DNA of 64,000 bases from Sedimentisphaeraceae bacterium JB056 (GCA_044440125.1 JBITAJ010000009.1:18952-82951); one strand, 5' to 3'; counted from the stretch's first letter, positions 9,430-19,518 are shown. Made by a program: numbers and translations. The notes: generated by a model not told the origin, from the letters alone.

Positions 9430-10671
9430 TTATTCGCTTTCTTTTGCGGCGGTTGCGGCTGGGGTTGGGGTTATTGATTGCTCTAAGAGGTTTTTGCCTG
9501 CCCAGCTTATCGCGAATGCTCCGGTTGGGGCTGTGAGTATTATGCTCAATACAGCTATTGCTAATATCAATTCGCCGGGTGCCGGGTTCATGCCGTTAGC
9601 TAACATTGCCGTAAGCGGAGCGGCTCCTATCGCCGCCTGAACGGTTGCCTTCGGCAGATACGAGAGAGCCACGAACAATCTTTCTTTAGGCACAAGCGGG
9701 CTTCTGAAAAGACAAATCTGCACGCCAATACTCCTGCCAAGCAGGCCGCAAACAATAACGACCGCTCCGGCAAGACCGGCTTTGGCCGCTACCGGCACGT
9801 TCACCTGTGAACCGACAATCGTAAACAGCAATAACTGTGCGAAAACCCACACTTTTCCAAGCTTTGATGAAATCTCGTGGGCGGCGTGCTCCCGCTTTTC
9901 GAGAATAATAAACCCTATCGACATCACCGCCAGAAGCGCAGCAAACGGTACATATTTCGAAAGATAATGCTCGAAATGAAGCATCACAACCGACAAACCA
10001 AGCAAAATAAGCACGCGTTTTGTTGCTCTGGGGTTGAACTTATCGAAAAGCTTATACACAACCACGCCTATCATCAAGCCTACCACAATACCCGTAATCA
10101 CGGAAATCGGAACCGAAACGATATTAGCCGCCACATTAACCGAGCCGCCAACATACATCCCGATAAAAGAGCTGCACAAAACGATTGCCACAGCATCATC
10201 ACACGAAGCACCGGCAAGAACAAGCGTAGGCACAGCGCGTTTGGCACCCCTTCCCTGCTCGATAAATTTTATCATGAGCGGCACGACTACCGCCGGCGAC
10301 ACCGCACCAAGAACCGAGCCGAGCATTGCCGCCTGAAGGGTAGTAAGCCCCAGAAGACGGGGAGCAACGAGGGTAACAACGCCAACCTCGCATATGCAAG
10401 GTATAAACGACATCAAAAGAGCACGAAAGCCAACCTTAGCCAAAGCCTCACGGCTAATTTCAAAACCGGCGCGCAGCAGTATCACGATAAGGGCTATTAG
10501 CCGCAAATCACCGCCGACCGACTCCATCTTCGGACTGAACGCATCCAGACAGTACGGCCCGGCAATCACACCGAGAGCCAGAAGTCCGATAAGCCCGGGT
10601 ATCTTTATCTGACGCATCAGCCAGTCGAGCAAGAGGCCGATGAGTATTATTTCCGCAATTCCTATTGCCAT
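9430..10671 (-). CDS. Cation:proton antiporter (NHA/SLC9B-like)
   Basis: About 12 TM helices, AVSPAVVVP, GASCDDAVAI (DD motif), PKATVQAAIG. Start placed at MAIGIAE; the ORF extends to 10725. Confidence 0.88.
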   Translation of the reverse strand: MAIGIAEIILIGLLLDWLMRQIKIPGLIGLLALGVIAGPYCLDAFSPKMESVGGDLRLIALIVILLRAGFEISREALAKVGFRALLMSFIPCICEVGVVTLVAPRLLGLTTLQAAMLGSVLGAVSPAVVVPLMIKFIEQGRGAKRAVPTLVLAGASCDDAVAIVLCSSFIGMYVGGSVNVAANIVSVPISVITGIVVGLMIGVVVYKLFDKFNPRATKRVLILLGLSVVMLHFEHYLSKYVPFAALLAVMSIGFIILEKREHAAHEISSKLGKVWVFAQLLLFTIVGSQVNVPVAAKAGLAGAVVIVCGLLGRSIGVQICLFRSPLVPKERLFVALSYLPKATVQAAIGAAPLTAMLANGMNPAPGELILAIAVLSIILTAPTGAFAISWAGKNLLEQSITPTPAATAAKESE

Positions 10672-10683
10672 GTCAAATCCAAA

Positions 10684-10784
10684 AGGAGTTAGAAGATAGA
10701 AGTCAGGAGATAGAATGTGGCTCACGCCGAAAGCAACATAATTTATTCAATCTTCTAACTCCTCAATTCTATCTTCTATATTCT
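10684..10784. repeat. Inverted pair of 7-nt-periodic tracts (5+5 heptads) forming an imperfect palindrome
   Basis: aggagtt agaagat agaagtc aggagat agaatgt (10684-10718), then atcttct aactcct caattct atcttct atattct (10750-10784). Confidence 0.8.
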
Positions 10785-10882
10785 TAATTAATATCGCAAG
10801 TATATATCGGTACAAAGAGAAAGTCAACAAAGGGTGAGAAAGAGCAGGAAATAAAATATTCAAATATCGCGGTAAAGAAGTA

Positions 10883-10910
10883 TTGAAATCTGTATGCTTG
10901 TAATTATAAT
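10883..10910 (+). promoter_or_regulatory. Sigma70-type promoter of dnaA
   Basis: TTGAAA-16 bp-TATAAT, 100 bp upstream of the TTG start. Confidence 0.55.
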
Positions 10911-11010
10911 GGGTGAGCGTGTGATGTTTTTGAGAGGACATGTGCTTGGTCACAACACTTTATGAAACGCCGCTTTTGTTTACTAACCGTTTGTAATAAC
11001 AGGACTTGAA

Positions 11011-12348
11011 TTGAGCTTCCCCGGCAATATCAACAGTATAATCGAGAGAGTTAAGTCTTCAGATCCTCAGAACAGCCGTGCCTGGTTCAACCAGCTTAAA
11101 CTGGCTGATTTCGAGGGCGGACTTCTGCGCATAGACTGTCCTGACAAATCCACTGCAGAATTTCTCGAAGAAAACTGCAAGGGTTCATTCATTCGTGCGG
11201 CCCAGACGGTTACCGGACGTCTTGTCAGCGTGGAGTTCATCATCAACGGTGTAAAAGAACCCGCTTATACAGTTGCAAGCAGCACAGGCACACGCGGAGC
11301 CGCGAATAACAGAAACGATGACATCCCTTACCGGTTGCATCCTGATCTTGTGTTCGACAACTTCGTGATTGGCCCATGCAACAGGCTCGCTCACGCAAGC
11401 TGCGTAGCTGTAAGCGCCTCACCAGGAAACACTTACAACCCGCTATTTCTGCACGGCAGCGTTGGCCTGGGCAAGACCCACCTTCTCCATGCCGTATGCT
11501 ACGACATACTTAAGAAAAATCCAGACGCGGTAGTAAGATTCCTTACATGCGAAGAATTCGTAAACCGATTCATCAAGGCGATAAGTGAAAACAGCCTGCC
11601 GGAATTTCAGGAGAAATTCAGAAACGTCGATGTGCTTATCATTGACGATGTGCAATTCCTGCGCAACAGGGAAGGAAGTCAGGAAGAATTCTTCCACACT
11701 TTCAACGCCCTATATGACGGCAGAAAACAAATCATCCTCAGCGCCGATTGCTCCCCTGAAGAGATCGAAGCTCTTGAAGAGCGGCTTGTGAGCCGTTTCA
11801 AATGGGGACTGGTCGCAAGAATAGATTCTCCCGCACATGAAACCCGCGTTGCCATCGTCAGAAAGAAGGCGGCACTCCGCGGCTTTGACATGGCCGATGA
11901 TATAGCCGAATTCATCGCCACCAAAATAACCACTAATATCCGTGAGCTTGAGGGCGCCATCACGAGCGTTTACGCAATGGCACAGGCTACCGGAGAGGCC
12001 CCTACTCTTGAACTGGCACAAAACATACTTGGTTATGTGCCGCAAATCAAGCAGGACAATATCGACATAAGCAGCGTGCTTGACGTAATCGCAAAATATT
12101 ACAAAGTACGAATAGTTGATATCAAGGGCAAAGCCAGACATAAATCAATTACCCTTCCAAGACAGATGTGCATGTATCTGGCACGAAAACTGACGAGTCT
12201 GAGCCTTGAAGAAATCGGGGCAAGCATCGGCAGACGCGACCATACAACCGTAATGCACTCTATCGAAAAAATCGAGAAGCTATCGGCCAAAGATGAGTCT
12301 ATCAACAGGCAGATGGAGGAGCTCGAACAACTGTTAGGCAGGCCGTAG
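11011..12348 (+). CDS. dnaA: Chromosomal replication initiator DnaA
   Basis: YNPLFLHGSVGLGKTHL, IIDDVQFL, QEEFFHTFN, RLVSRF, NIRELEGA, and domain IV RRDHTTVMHS. Confidence 0.97.
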   Translation: MSFPGNINSIIERVKSSDPQNSRAWFNQLKLADFEGGLLRIDCPDKSTAEFLEENCKGSFIRAAQTVTGRLVSVEFIINGVKEPAYTVASSTGTRGAANNRNDDIPYRLHPDLVFDNFVIGPCNRLAHASCVAVSASPGNTYNPLFLHGSVGLGKTHLLHAVCYDILKKNPDAVVRFLTCEEFVNRFIKAISENSLPEFQEKFRNVDVLIIDDVQFLRNREGSQEEFFHTFNALYDGRKQIILSADCSPEEIEALEERLVSRFKWGLVARIDSPAHETRVAIVRKKAALRGFDMADDIAEFIATKITTNIRELEGAITSVYAMAQATGEAPTLELAQNILGYVPQIKQDNIDISSVLDVIAKYYKVRIVDIKGKARHKSITLPRQMCMYLARKLTSLSLEEIGASIGRRDHTTVMHSIEKIEKLSAKDESINRQMEELEQLLGRP

Positions 12349-12376
12349 TGACCAGTCCAAATACGAAAGGACCGGC

Positions 12377-13345
12377 ATGTTTCTCGAAAAGATAATGATC
12401 GAATACAAGGTTCAATATATCCTGAACACTATCGGCCCGGTATTTGTGATGATCGGACTTGGCGCGGCACTTCGTCTCGGCAAATTCATTAAAGACGATA
12501 TAGCAGCGGCCTTGATACGAATCACATACTGGGTAGCACTGCCGGCACTGCTTTTCTACAACATATCGACCTCCCAACACGGCTACAAACAGGCAATGGG
12601 AATAGCTTATGTTATTCTCGGCACAATGGCGGCGGCAATAATGCTCGCTTGGCTGTTCTGCCTGGTGTTCCGAGTAGACCGCAAGAATACGGGAGCATTC
12701 GTACAAGGTGCTTACAGGGGCAACCTGATGTTTATCGGGCTGCCAATGATAATCTACAGCATAGCTTCAGGAACAAGCAGCGGAAAAACCATCGAGCAAA
12801 CCGCAGTGTTGGCACTGTCTGTCGTAATCCCCGCATACAATGCGGCAGGAATCATGATATTACTGACAAGCCGCCATAACATTGACATAAATATGCCTGT
12901 AAAGATCGTCAAAGGACTTTTAACGAATCCACTGGTAATCTCAAGCATCTGCGGGATGATATATGCCCAGTTCTTCCCTTCTCTGCCTCTTTTGATGGAA
13001 AGAAGCCTACAGATAACAAGCCGTATGGCACTGCCGCTGTCGCTGCTGGGTATAGGCGCAACGCTGGTAGGCACGAGAAACGCCGCAGATTATTCGCTCT
13101 CAATAGCGGCATCGCTGATCAAGGTATTATTCTGCCCCGTCTTCGCATTCTTTATGGCTCGCTGGCTCGGGCTTAATTCTCAACAAACAGCAACCGCCCT
13201 GCTTTTCGCGGCATGCCCAACGGCTATCAGCTCATATGTAATGGCATCACAAATGGGCTCCAACGGCAGGCTCGCGGCAGCTATAGTAATCGTATCAAGC
13301 CTATTATCAATAGCAGGCTTCATAGCTATACTGCTGTTGATATAG
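12377..13345 (+). CDS. AEC (auxin efflux carrier) family permease
   Basis: About 10 TM helices; VALPALLF, RGNLMFIGLP, NPLVIS and CPTAISSYVMA motifs. Confidence 0.88.
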   Translation: MFLEKIMIEYKVQYILNTIGPVFVMIGLGAALRLGKFIKDDIAAALIRITYWVALPALLFYNISTSQHGYKQAMGIAYVILGTMAAAIMLAWLFCLVFRVDRKNTGAFVQGAYRGNLMFIGLPMIIYSIASGTSSGKTIEQTAVLALSVVIPAYNAAGIMILLTSRHNIDINMPVKIVKGLLTNPLVISSICGMIYAQFFPSLPLLMERSLQITSRMALPLSLLGIGATLVGTRNAADYSLSIAASLIKVLFCPVFAFFMARWLGLNSQQTATALLFAACPTAISSYVMASQMGSNGRLAAAIVIVSSLLSIAGFIAILLLI

Positions 13346-13354
13346 TTTTGAGAA

Positions 13355-15166
13355 TCAGCAGCCACTCTGCATCCATTGAGCAGCAAGAATTCTGAAATCA
13401 TTAAGATTTACCTGTCCATCCTCATCCAAATCGCCGCTAAGCTCTACGCATTGAGGCGGGAGCACCTTTATATCATCAATAAGTATACTTCCCTCGCAAT
13501 CGCCAGGCATACAAGGTTCAAATGAACTATCGACTATTATCGACATCTGTATAACACCTGAAAGATCGGCAGTTGCAAGCTGATCAAATGGTATACTCCA
13601 TGTATAGCCGTCATCGCCGGCAGTGACAAGCTCCAATGCCGGCAAGACCGCTTGCGCAACACCATCCATTTCGTCGGTAACCGACAGGATTATCATGTCT
13701 GTCTCACGAATCAGCGAAGACTGGAGCCACAAACTAAGCTCACTGCCGCCGCCCTGAAGCCAGTTTTGGGGTATATCAAAGAAATGATTCGCAACTGACA
13801 AAGGAGCTGTAGAGTTGTCGTAGTTAAAGCTAAGACTGTTTTCGTCAACCGTTCTGTAATCGGTTTTCAAGCTGCCGTGAGCACCCTCGAGAAACTCCCA
13901 ACCGGAATACAATTCAGAGCTGGTCGCATAATCGAAATCCTCAACAGGCAGATACGATTGAACGGTAAAATCCCATACATCGCTGAAGTACGGCTCAACT
14001 CCTCCGTATGAATCTACGGCATAGTAGTATGTCTGACCAAGTTCAAGCCCAAGCGGTTCATAAGCATTGTCATTGGTCGAAGTAACCAGAACAGAAGTAT
14101 CTCTGCTTTCCACCAAATCCTGCTGCTGAGACATATAAACAACATAATTATTCGCCTCAGAGCCATGGTCCCACGCAATAAACGTGCTAACTGGGCTTGC
14201 ATCAGTTGTCGGGTCGAAATTATGCGCCGCCTTTTCAAGGGTATTCTCCTCAACCCATGCACCACCTGTCGGCAAGGCAAAGTGACTCTTGTTAACCACT
14301 ATGAGACTGCTGTCGTAAGCACCGGCTTTGCCAATCGAATCTGCCAATACTTTCAAAAAACGCTTACCCGTATCACCGGCTCCGACTTTGCACGCCTGAA
14401 TAGTTATGTGGTCTACATAATCATCAATTTCCTTCTGGAATGCTTCCACAGAACTCATATCAATCTGCTTATCAGGAATATTCTTCTTCCCGGCACCAGT
14501 ACTGACATTGCCATTTGTGCCGTGACCGACCAATTCAGCATGTATCTTGCGCCCAAGAGCCTGAGATTTTGCCTTTATCTTGTCAATAACCTCTTGCCTG
14601 CTGTCAACTCTTTCAACATCTCTGCCGCCGTTCTCAAGTATGTCAGCGGCATTATCGACCGTTGAATCAGAATTTTCAGCAAGGAATAGATCACCTTCAG
14701 GCAGTGCAATTTTCTTTGATTTCGACGTCTTCTCAGCCTTATCTTTCTCCATCAAGGCAGTTTCGGCAAACACTGCGTATATAACAGCCTGCCCATCTGC
14801 CCTTGTTACACGCACATGATACAGACCTGGAACCCCAAAAGTGCAAGTCAAATCGCCGGAAGTGATATCGGCAAAATAATCAACATTGGGAACCTGAAAA
14901 TAATCAGCCTGCGTATAGGAATAGCCATCGGGATACATACCCTCGTTTAGAAGCGGCAGCACATCGGCATCAACAATAGGATTGAAACCCCCAAACCACA
15001 AATAATCATTATCTGCGACAAGGTCGTCAAGGTATATGCGAGGATAATAATCAGGCGTTATCGTGGCAGGATCAAAATACATGTCAGAATCACTGAGCAG
15101 AACCGCCGAAACATTACATACAATACCCACCAGCAAGACACTGAAAATAAAAGTTCTTGTACACAT
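13355..15166 (-). CDS. Secreted multidomain protein with a DUF4347-like His/Cys domain and a C-terminal dockerin-like motif
   Basis: Signal peptide; ELVGHGTNG...ITIQACKVGAGDTGKRFLKVLADSIG; an FN3-like segment (LELGQTYYYAVD); a CBM-like region; C-terminal GDLDEDGQVNLNDFRILAAQWM. RBS AGGAG. Confidence 0.7.
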   Translation of the reverse strand: MCTRTFIFSVLLVGIVCNVSAVLLSDSDMYFDPATITPDYYPRIYLDDLVADNDYLWFGGFNPIVDADVLPLLNEGMYPDGYSYTQADYFQVPNVDYFADITSGDLTCTFGVPGLYHVRVTRADGQAVIYAVFAETALMEKDKAEKTSKSKKIALPEGDLFLAENSDSTVDNAADILENGGRDVERVDSRQEVIDKIKAKSQALGRKIHAELVGHGTNGNVSTGAGKKNIPDKQIDMSSVEAFQKEIDDYVDHITIQACKVGAGDTGKRFLKVLADSIGKAGAYDSSLIVVNKSHFALPTGGAWVEENTLEKAAHNFDPTTDASPVSTFIAWDHGSEANNYVVYMSQQQDLVESRDTSVLVTSTNDNAYEPLGLELGQTYYYAVDSYGGVEPYFSDVWDFTVQSYLPVEDFDYATSSELYSGWEFLEGAHGSLKTDYRTVDENSLSFNYDNSTAPLSVANHFFDIPQNWLQGGGSELSLWLQSSLIRETDMIILSVTDEMDGVAQAVLPALELVTAGDDGYTWSIPFDQLATADLSGVIQMSIIVDSSFEPCMPGDCEGSILIDDIKVLPPQCVELSGDLDEDGQVNLNDFRILAAQWMQSGC

Positions 15167-15389
15167 ATTACATCTCCTTCTCTAAACACTATTATATACG
15201 AAAGTGCTTCTGAAGAAAATCGAGGCGGTAAAACGCAGCACTAAACAACTTGATTAATAGGCTACTTCTCCATATGCCATACTTTTCAGGATACAACTGA
15301 AATAGAATTTTGTCAACAAATAAGTTTTCAGCATAATATTTGTTTATTAATCCATTTCAACCCAACCCGTTATATATGTAAGATTTTTA

Positions 15390-16424
15390 CTATAAAGAAT
15401 TTAAAGTCGTATAAATAGCTTCGATGTTTGCAGGAGAGATATCAGGCAAGATAGCCTCATGGCTGGGAGATATCACCAAGCCGGTGGGGAATATATCGGC
15501 AAGCTCTCTGACCTTTTGAGAAACTTCTTCAGGTGAGCCGTTTACAAGAAGCTGCTGCGCATCAACTCCGCCGCAAAATGACACCTTATCACCAAAATCA
15601 TTCTTCAATCCGGCAGGCTCCATACCTGCAGCAAGAGCCTGTATAGGATGTATGACATCAACACCGATATTGATAAGATCAGGGATAATATCACGAATAG
15701 AACCGCATGAGTGATGGACGACTTTAAGCCCGTATGAATGTGCCTGATCAACAAGCTTTTTTGTGCCGTCAAATACAAATTTCCTGAGCATATCCGGCGA
15801 AACCATCAACGACAGCTGAGAGCCAAAATCATTCCCGATCAGTACCGCATCAAGCTTGCCCTTTGTCGATTCATAATATATCTCGTTGGCTTTGAGATAG
15901 AAATCCACAATTCGCCCGATGACTTCCTTGTACAGTTCTGGGTAATTATACATCGCCATCAGGGCCTTCTCCATGCCAAATGCGGAACAGCTGTCCTGAA
16001 AATGAGCCGACCAGATAACTCCCATCACGGCACGACCCTGCGGTACATTACTCACTGCTCTCCTGCATAAATCAGTATCGATGTATAGCTCAGGATCAGG
16101 CCAATCGAAATCGGCGGCCTTATCAGCATCCGTAATATCGGCAAAATAACCTTCTGTGGTCAGGGTGCGATGTTCATTGTCAACATCGCCTGTTTTGGCA
16201 AAATCAAAAGCGGCATATATGGCGTCAGAAACAGGACTGTGATACGGAAGGCTCACCGGAACAACATCGTCATCAAGAGCAATTATAAGTTCATTAATGG
16301 TGTTTACTTTGAAGTGTTTCAGCAGCATACCCTCTGCCTCAGCATGTGGAACTCCAAGCCATGATGCGGGACGATCGATTTCTTTTCTTTCAACAGCGGC
16401 AATAAAACGTTCTTTGTTATTCAT
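15390..16424 (-). CDS. Uroporphyrinogen decarboxylase (URO-D)/MtaA-CmuA family protein
   Basis: N-terminal KERFIAAV..K.IDR, NDFGSQ..LMVSP, HHSCG, HPIQ, FCGGVDAQ. Confidence 0.85.
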   Translation of the reverse strand: MNNKERFIAAVERKEIDRPASWLGVPHAEAEGMLLKHFKVNTINELIIALDDDVVPVSLPYHSPVSDAIYAAFDFAKTGDVDNEHRTLTTEGYFADITDADKAADFDWPDPELYIDTDLCRRAVSNVPQGRAVMGVIWSAHFQDSCSAFGMEKALMAMYNYPELYKEVIGRIVDFYLKANEIYYESTKGKLDAVLIGNDFGSQLSLMVSPDMLRKFVFDGTKKLVDQAHSYGLKVVHHSCGSIRDIIPDLINIGVDVIHPIQALAAGMEPAGLKNDFGDKVSFCGGVDAQQLLVNGSPEEVSQKVRELADIFPTGLVISPSHEAILPDISPANIEAIYTTLNSL

Positions 16425-16634
16425 TACAAAACCTCATAAAAATTCTATAAATAAATTTACATAGTTAACACCAGCAAGAATCTGCCTAAGCGATCTAAGC
16501 TATAAAACATAATACATTCTACCCTTTCAAAACAAATTATTCAATACAGCTAAACGATAATTTATTGCATATATCAGTTAAAAAGATACAATAAGCTACT
16601 AAAAGATTGCATATTAAAGTTTACAGGCGCAAAA

Positions 16635-17507
16635 ATGAGCTCACAGCAATTACAAGGCCTTAATATAACAGTAATCAATACGGAATTAGCAAAATGTGAT
16701 TCGAGCTGGGATTACAGTAGCGTTAACAGTCCATTTTCAAGACTTTATCTGATCCTTGAAGGCGAGGGGGAAGTCGTTCACAGCGGCAGAAGGTTCAAGT
16801 TGAGCAGCAACAAGATGTTTCTTGTGCCGGCTTTTACCGAAAGCAGTTACAAGTGCCCTGAGCATATGCTTCACTATTATATACATTTTACGCATAGCAG
16901 CCAGGATGAGCTAAGCTTATTCGAGAGATTCAATGTCGATTACCTGATTGATGCACAAAGAACAGATTACTATCTCTTCAAAAGATTGCTCGACCTTAAC
17001 CCCGGGAAGGCGTTGATTGAACGGGATCCGGCAAAATACCACAAACGGTTTCAAATGAAGCGATCATTTCAGATGGCTGACAGAATGGGGGCTTCTGAGT
17101 ACCTCGAGAGTACCGGAATAATAATCCAATTGATCTCGAGGTTCGTAAAAGACAATGCTACCAAACCGCAAGAGAAGATGCATATCCCCAAACAGAGTCT
17201 GCACAAGATAATAGGTTATATAAACCGAAATCTTGACAAACAGATAAGCATCTCAGACTTGGCAAAATTCATGTTTGTAAGCAAAGACCACTTCTCCAAG
17301 GTATTTCTCAAGACAACAGGGGTGAGACCAACAGAATACATAACCATAAAGCGAATCGAAAGATCCCAGATGCTTTTACTCAGTACCGAACTGGGACTTG
17401 AGCAGATAGCAATCAGGTGCGGATTTTCCAGCAGCAGCCACCTAAGCCGGCAATTCAGGAAATACCTCAACACCTCTCCCGGAAACTATCGCAGGAAACA
17501 CTCCTGA
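16635..17507 (+). CDS. AraC family transcriptional regulator
   Basis: N-terminal cupin-like domain and a C-terminal double HTH (IAIRCGFSSSSHLSRQFRKYLNTSPGNYR); divergent from the URO-D-family gene. Confidence 0.92.
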   Translation: MSSQQLQGLNITVINTELAKCDSSWDYSSVNSPFSRLYLILEGEGEVVHSGRRFKLSSNKMFLVPAFTESSYKCPEHMLHYYIHFTHSSQDELSLFERFNVDYLIDAQRTDYYLFKRLLDLNPGKALIERDPAKYHKRFQMKRSFQMADRMGASEYLESTGIIIQLISRFVKDNATKPQEKMHIPKQSLHKIIGYINRNLDKQISISDLAKFMFVSKDHFSKVFLKTTGVRPTEYITIKRIERSQMLLLSTELGLEQIAIRCGFSSSSHLSRQFRKYLNTSPGNYRRKHS

Positions 17508-17653
17508 TATATTTGATCTGAAAACAGAAGTAAGGATAAACCTATGGCAAATTGAGTAAATGCCCTATTTACAATCTCAAGCATTTATTGACAATATTAC
17601 CATAGCAGAGGACGGGATTAAAATACTTAACCAGTAGTGAAAAAGGTAGAAGT

Positions 17654-17794
17654 ATGAGGAAATTTAAAATGTTTATCTTGTGTTCGGTATTACTGGCCGC
17701 AATAGCGGTATTTGTTTCAGGATGCAACACAATTGAGGGCATGGGAGAAGATATTGAAAGCGGTGGAGAACGAATCCAGGAAGCCGCTGAATAA
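17654..17794 (+). CDS. Entericidin EcnA/B-family small lipoprotein (46 aa)
   Basis: Translated by hand: MRKFKMFILCSVLLAAIAVFVSGCNTIEGMGEDIESGGERIQEAAE. Lipobox VSGC followed by the typical CNT..G.G.DI...G..I...A pattern. Confidence 0.85.
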   Translation: MRKFKMFILCSVLLAAIAVFVSGCNTIEGMGEDIESGGERIQEAAE

Positions 17795-17857
17795 GTGTTG
17801 ATATTTGCACGGGTTCTCTGAGAAATAAATCAGAGCAGTGCAGAGCAGGGAGAAATA

Positions 17858-18028
17858 ATGAGTTTGTTAAAATGGGCATTAATATTTTTGGTAATAGCGG
17901 TTATTTCCGCGGTATTCGGTTTTGGCGGCATTGCTGCAACAGCAGCTGAAATAGCCAAAGTCTTGTTTTATATTTTCGCTATAATATTTATAGTATTGTT
18001 CTTAATGTCAATCTTTACGACCAAATAA
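17858..18028 (+). CDS. DUF1328 (YtjA/UPF0391) small membrane protein (56 aa)
   Basis: Translated by hand: [64 protein letters not shown] upstream. Confidence 0.9.
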   Translation: MSLLKWALIFLVIAVISAVFGFGGIAATAAEIAKVLFYIFAIIFIVLFLMSIFTTK

Positions 18029-18137
18029 AAACTCCAATCAAACACACACACTTAGATAAGATCGGTAGTTTTGTATTCTTCGAATATGGAATTACCGATC
18101 TTTGATTAATGTTAAATTAAACGAAACAGGAGTTGAG

Positions 18138-19501
18138 ATGTTTTTAAAAAAAATCAAAACAGAGGGTATCGCACATCTTTCTTATATTATAGGCAGCCAA
18201 GACAGTGCTGCAGTTATCGACCCACGGAGAGATATATACATTTATCTCAGCATAGCGGCCAAATATTCGGTAAACATAACACATATCTTTGAAACACATA
18301 GAAACGAAGATTACGTGATAGGTTCGGTACCACTTTCACAGGCTACCGGGGCAGATATCTATCATGGCGGAAAGCTCGATTTCAAGTACGGCAACTCCGT
18401 CAAAGAGGGAGATTATTTCGAGATAGGCGAATTAAGCCTGAAAATCTTTGAGACACCGGGGCACACATTTGAAAGTATCTCAATAGCTCTCTACGACCCT
18501 AATTTCGGCAACAAAGCAGTCGGAGTGTTTACCGGCGATGCTCTTTTTATTGGTGACGTTGGAAGAACCGATTTTTTCCCGACAGAGCCGAAGAGGTTGC
18601 AGGATTGCTTTACAACAGCATATTCAACAAGATATTACCGCTTGGTGACCAGGCAATCATATACCCCGCACATGGGGCAGGCTCTGTATGCGGCTCAGGA
18701 ATGGCCTCGCGTGAATTCTCAACGCTTGGGTATGAGAAAATGTTCAACCCTGTATTGCAGAAAACCTGTCTGGCAGAATTCGTAGATTATAAAGTAAATG
18801 AAAAACACAATAAGCCTCCATATTTCAAGATTATGGAGAGATACAATCTTGAAGGGCCTCCGTTAAAGCAATTGAGCATAAACACGAGAGTATTAACTGC
18901 AGATGAGTTTGACAAAAGACACAAAAGCGGAATGCAAATTCTTGATACAAGAAGTCCCGAAGCTATCTGCGGCACATACATTCCGAACAGCCTTGCAATT
19001 CCATTGAATATGATTCCTGCTTTTGCCGGCTGGTTTCTATCTTACAAAGAACCAATAGGAATAATAGCAAGTTCAGGAGAAGAAGTTGCAACCGCAATCA
19101 AGCATCTCTACAGACTTGGTTATGACGACATTGCAGGATACCTTGGCAGCGGTCTGCATCAATGGGAAGTTGAAGGCAAAGAATACTGTGATATACCGGC
19201 TATCTATATTTCAAATGTGGTATCAATGTTGGAAAGCAAAGACGATTTCATACTGCTTGATGTCAGAAGCAAAGAAGAGTATGATGAGAAGCACCTTCCA
19301 AACTCTAAAAATATCTATATAGGCCATCTGCCTGAGCATATAAATGAACTTGATAAAAACAAAAAGATAGTAACTTTCTGCGGCAGCGGCAGAAGGGCAA
19401 TAATAGCGGCATCAATACTGAAAACCAATGGCTTTGAAGATGTCGAAAACTGCCTTGGTTCAATGATGGCCTGTAAAAAGGTTGGATGCCCTACCGAATA
19501 A
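18138..19501 (+). pseudogene. MBL-fold hydrolase with two rhodanese domains, split by a -1 frameshift at ~18572-18580
   Basis: The first frame has ETHRNEDY, TPGHT and FTGDALFIGDVGRTDFF. The -1 frame continues PDRAEEVAGLLYNSI...YPAHGAGSVCG, then rhodanese domains (LDVRS, FCGSGRRA). Confidence 0.8.
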
Positions 19502-19518
19502 AGCAGAGAATCTAAAAA

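Noticed and set aside
10052..10060. DnaA-box-like TTATACACA near dnaA (another near 20982)
   Set aside because: Isolated matches inside coding sequence with no cluster, so not evidence for oriC.
9877..10500. 207-aa basic plus-strand ORF
   Set aside because: Antisense to the hydrophobic antiporter; the His/Arg/Asn richness is the expected mirror artefact.
10747..10953. 68-aa minus-strand ORF upstream of the antiporter
   Set aside because: It overlaps the dnaA promoter and the heptad repeat, has no RBS or motif, and its tail is repeat-derived.
17673..17879. 68-aa minus-strand ORF in the track
   Set aside because: Antisense to the better-supported entericidin-like and DUF1328 genes.
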